Source: Vicugna vicugna (Eukaryota). Taken from it: 64,000 bases of DNA. How positions within the stretch are numbered: the stretch's first letter is position 1; the number at the start of each line of letters is the position of its first letter. Location of the stretch: positions 186,001 through 250,000 of the forward strand of contig MU057615.1 in the NCBI GenBank assembly GCA_013265495.1, read 5' to 3'. The position numbers and the translations under genes were made by a program. Under the pieces are notes generated by a model. It was not told where the DNA came from and did not search any database. It saw nothing but the letters and a program-made list of their open reading frames with translations. This document shows positions 63,901-64,000 of this stretch, piece by piece.

Positions 63901-64000
63901 AGTCATGCCAGGAGTATCTGAGCATCTTTCTAAACCCCCCCGGTTCCCTGATCCAGTTCCAGTACAAATATTTTCATACGTGTTTTTCTTCTTCTGTTTT

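Larger units (their letters stand above)
1..64000 (+). other. GABRG3: Internal part of GABRG3 transcription unit (end of long intron 3, exon 4, intron 4, exon 5, start of long intron 5)
   Basis: Two spliceable exons encode GABA-A gamma-3 extracellular-domain peptide; no other exons recognised in the window. Exon numbering inferred from the conserved GABA-A subunit exon structure. Confidence 0.88.

Overview
Mammalian genomic DNA, most likely a camelid: two tRNA-derived SINEs resemble the camelid Vic-1 family as recalled, and there are many copies of one young L1 3' UTR. The window lies inside the GABA-A receptor gamma-3 subunit gene (GABRG3, + strand). It contains two coding exons (39963-40183, 221 bp; 40891-40973, 83 bp, carrying the Cys-loop) separated by a 707-bp GT-AG intron. 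The supplied ORF track misses both exons, and I consider its ORFs spurious or decayed-transposon fragments. The rest is intronic and dense in L1, L2, MIR, MaLR/ERVL/ERV1 LTRs, Tigger1, MER5A and Charlie1 fossils, often nested with readable target-site duplications (TSDs). I found no convincing novel gene system. The most interesting signals are: an apparent orphan L1 3' transduction inside an LTR (32124-32683); two L1 3' ends within one TSD pair (29366-30488); a twin-primed L1; a truncated antisense ERV with a CpG-rich leader; a paired RFX X-box candidate enhancer; a CpG-loaded L2 fossil; and close inverted L1 pairs in the pre-mRNA. Repeat names come from recalled consensus sequences, not a database search, and boundaries without a TSD are approximate.
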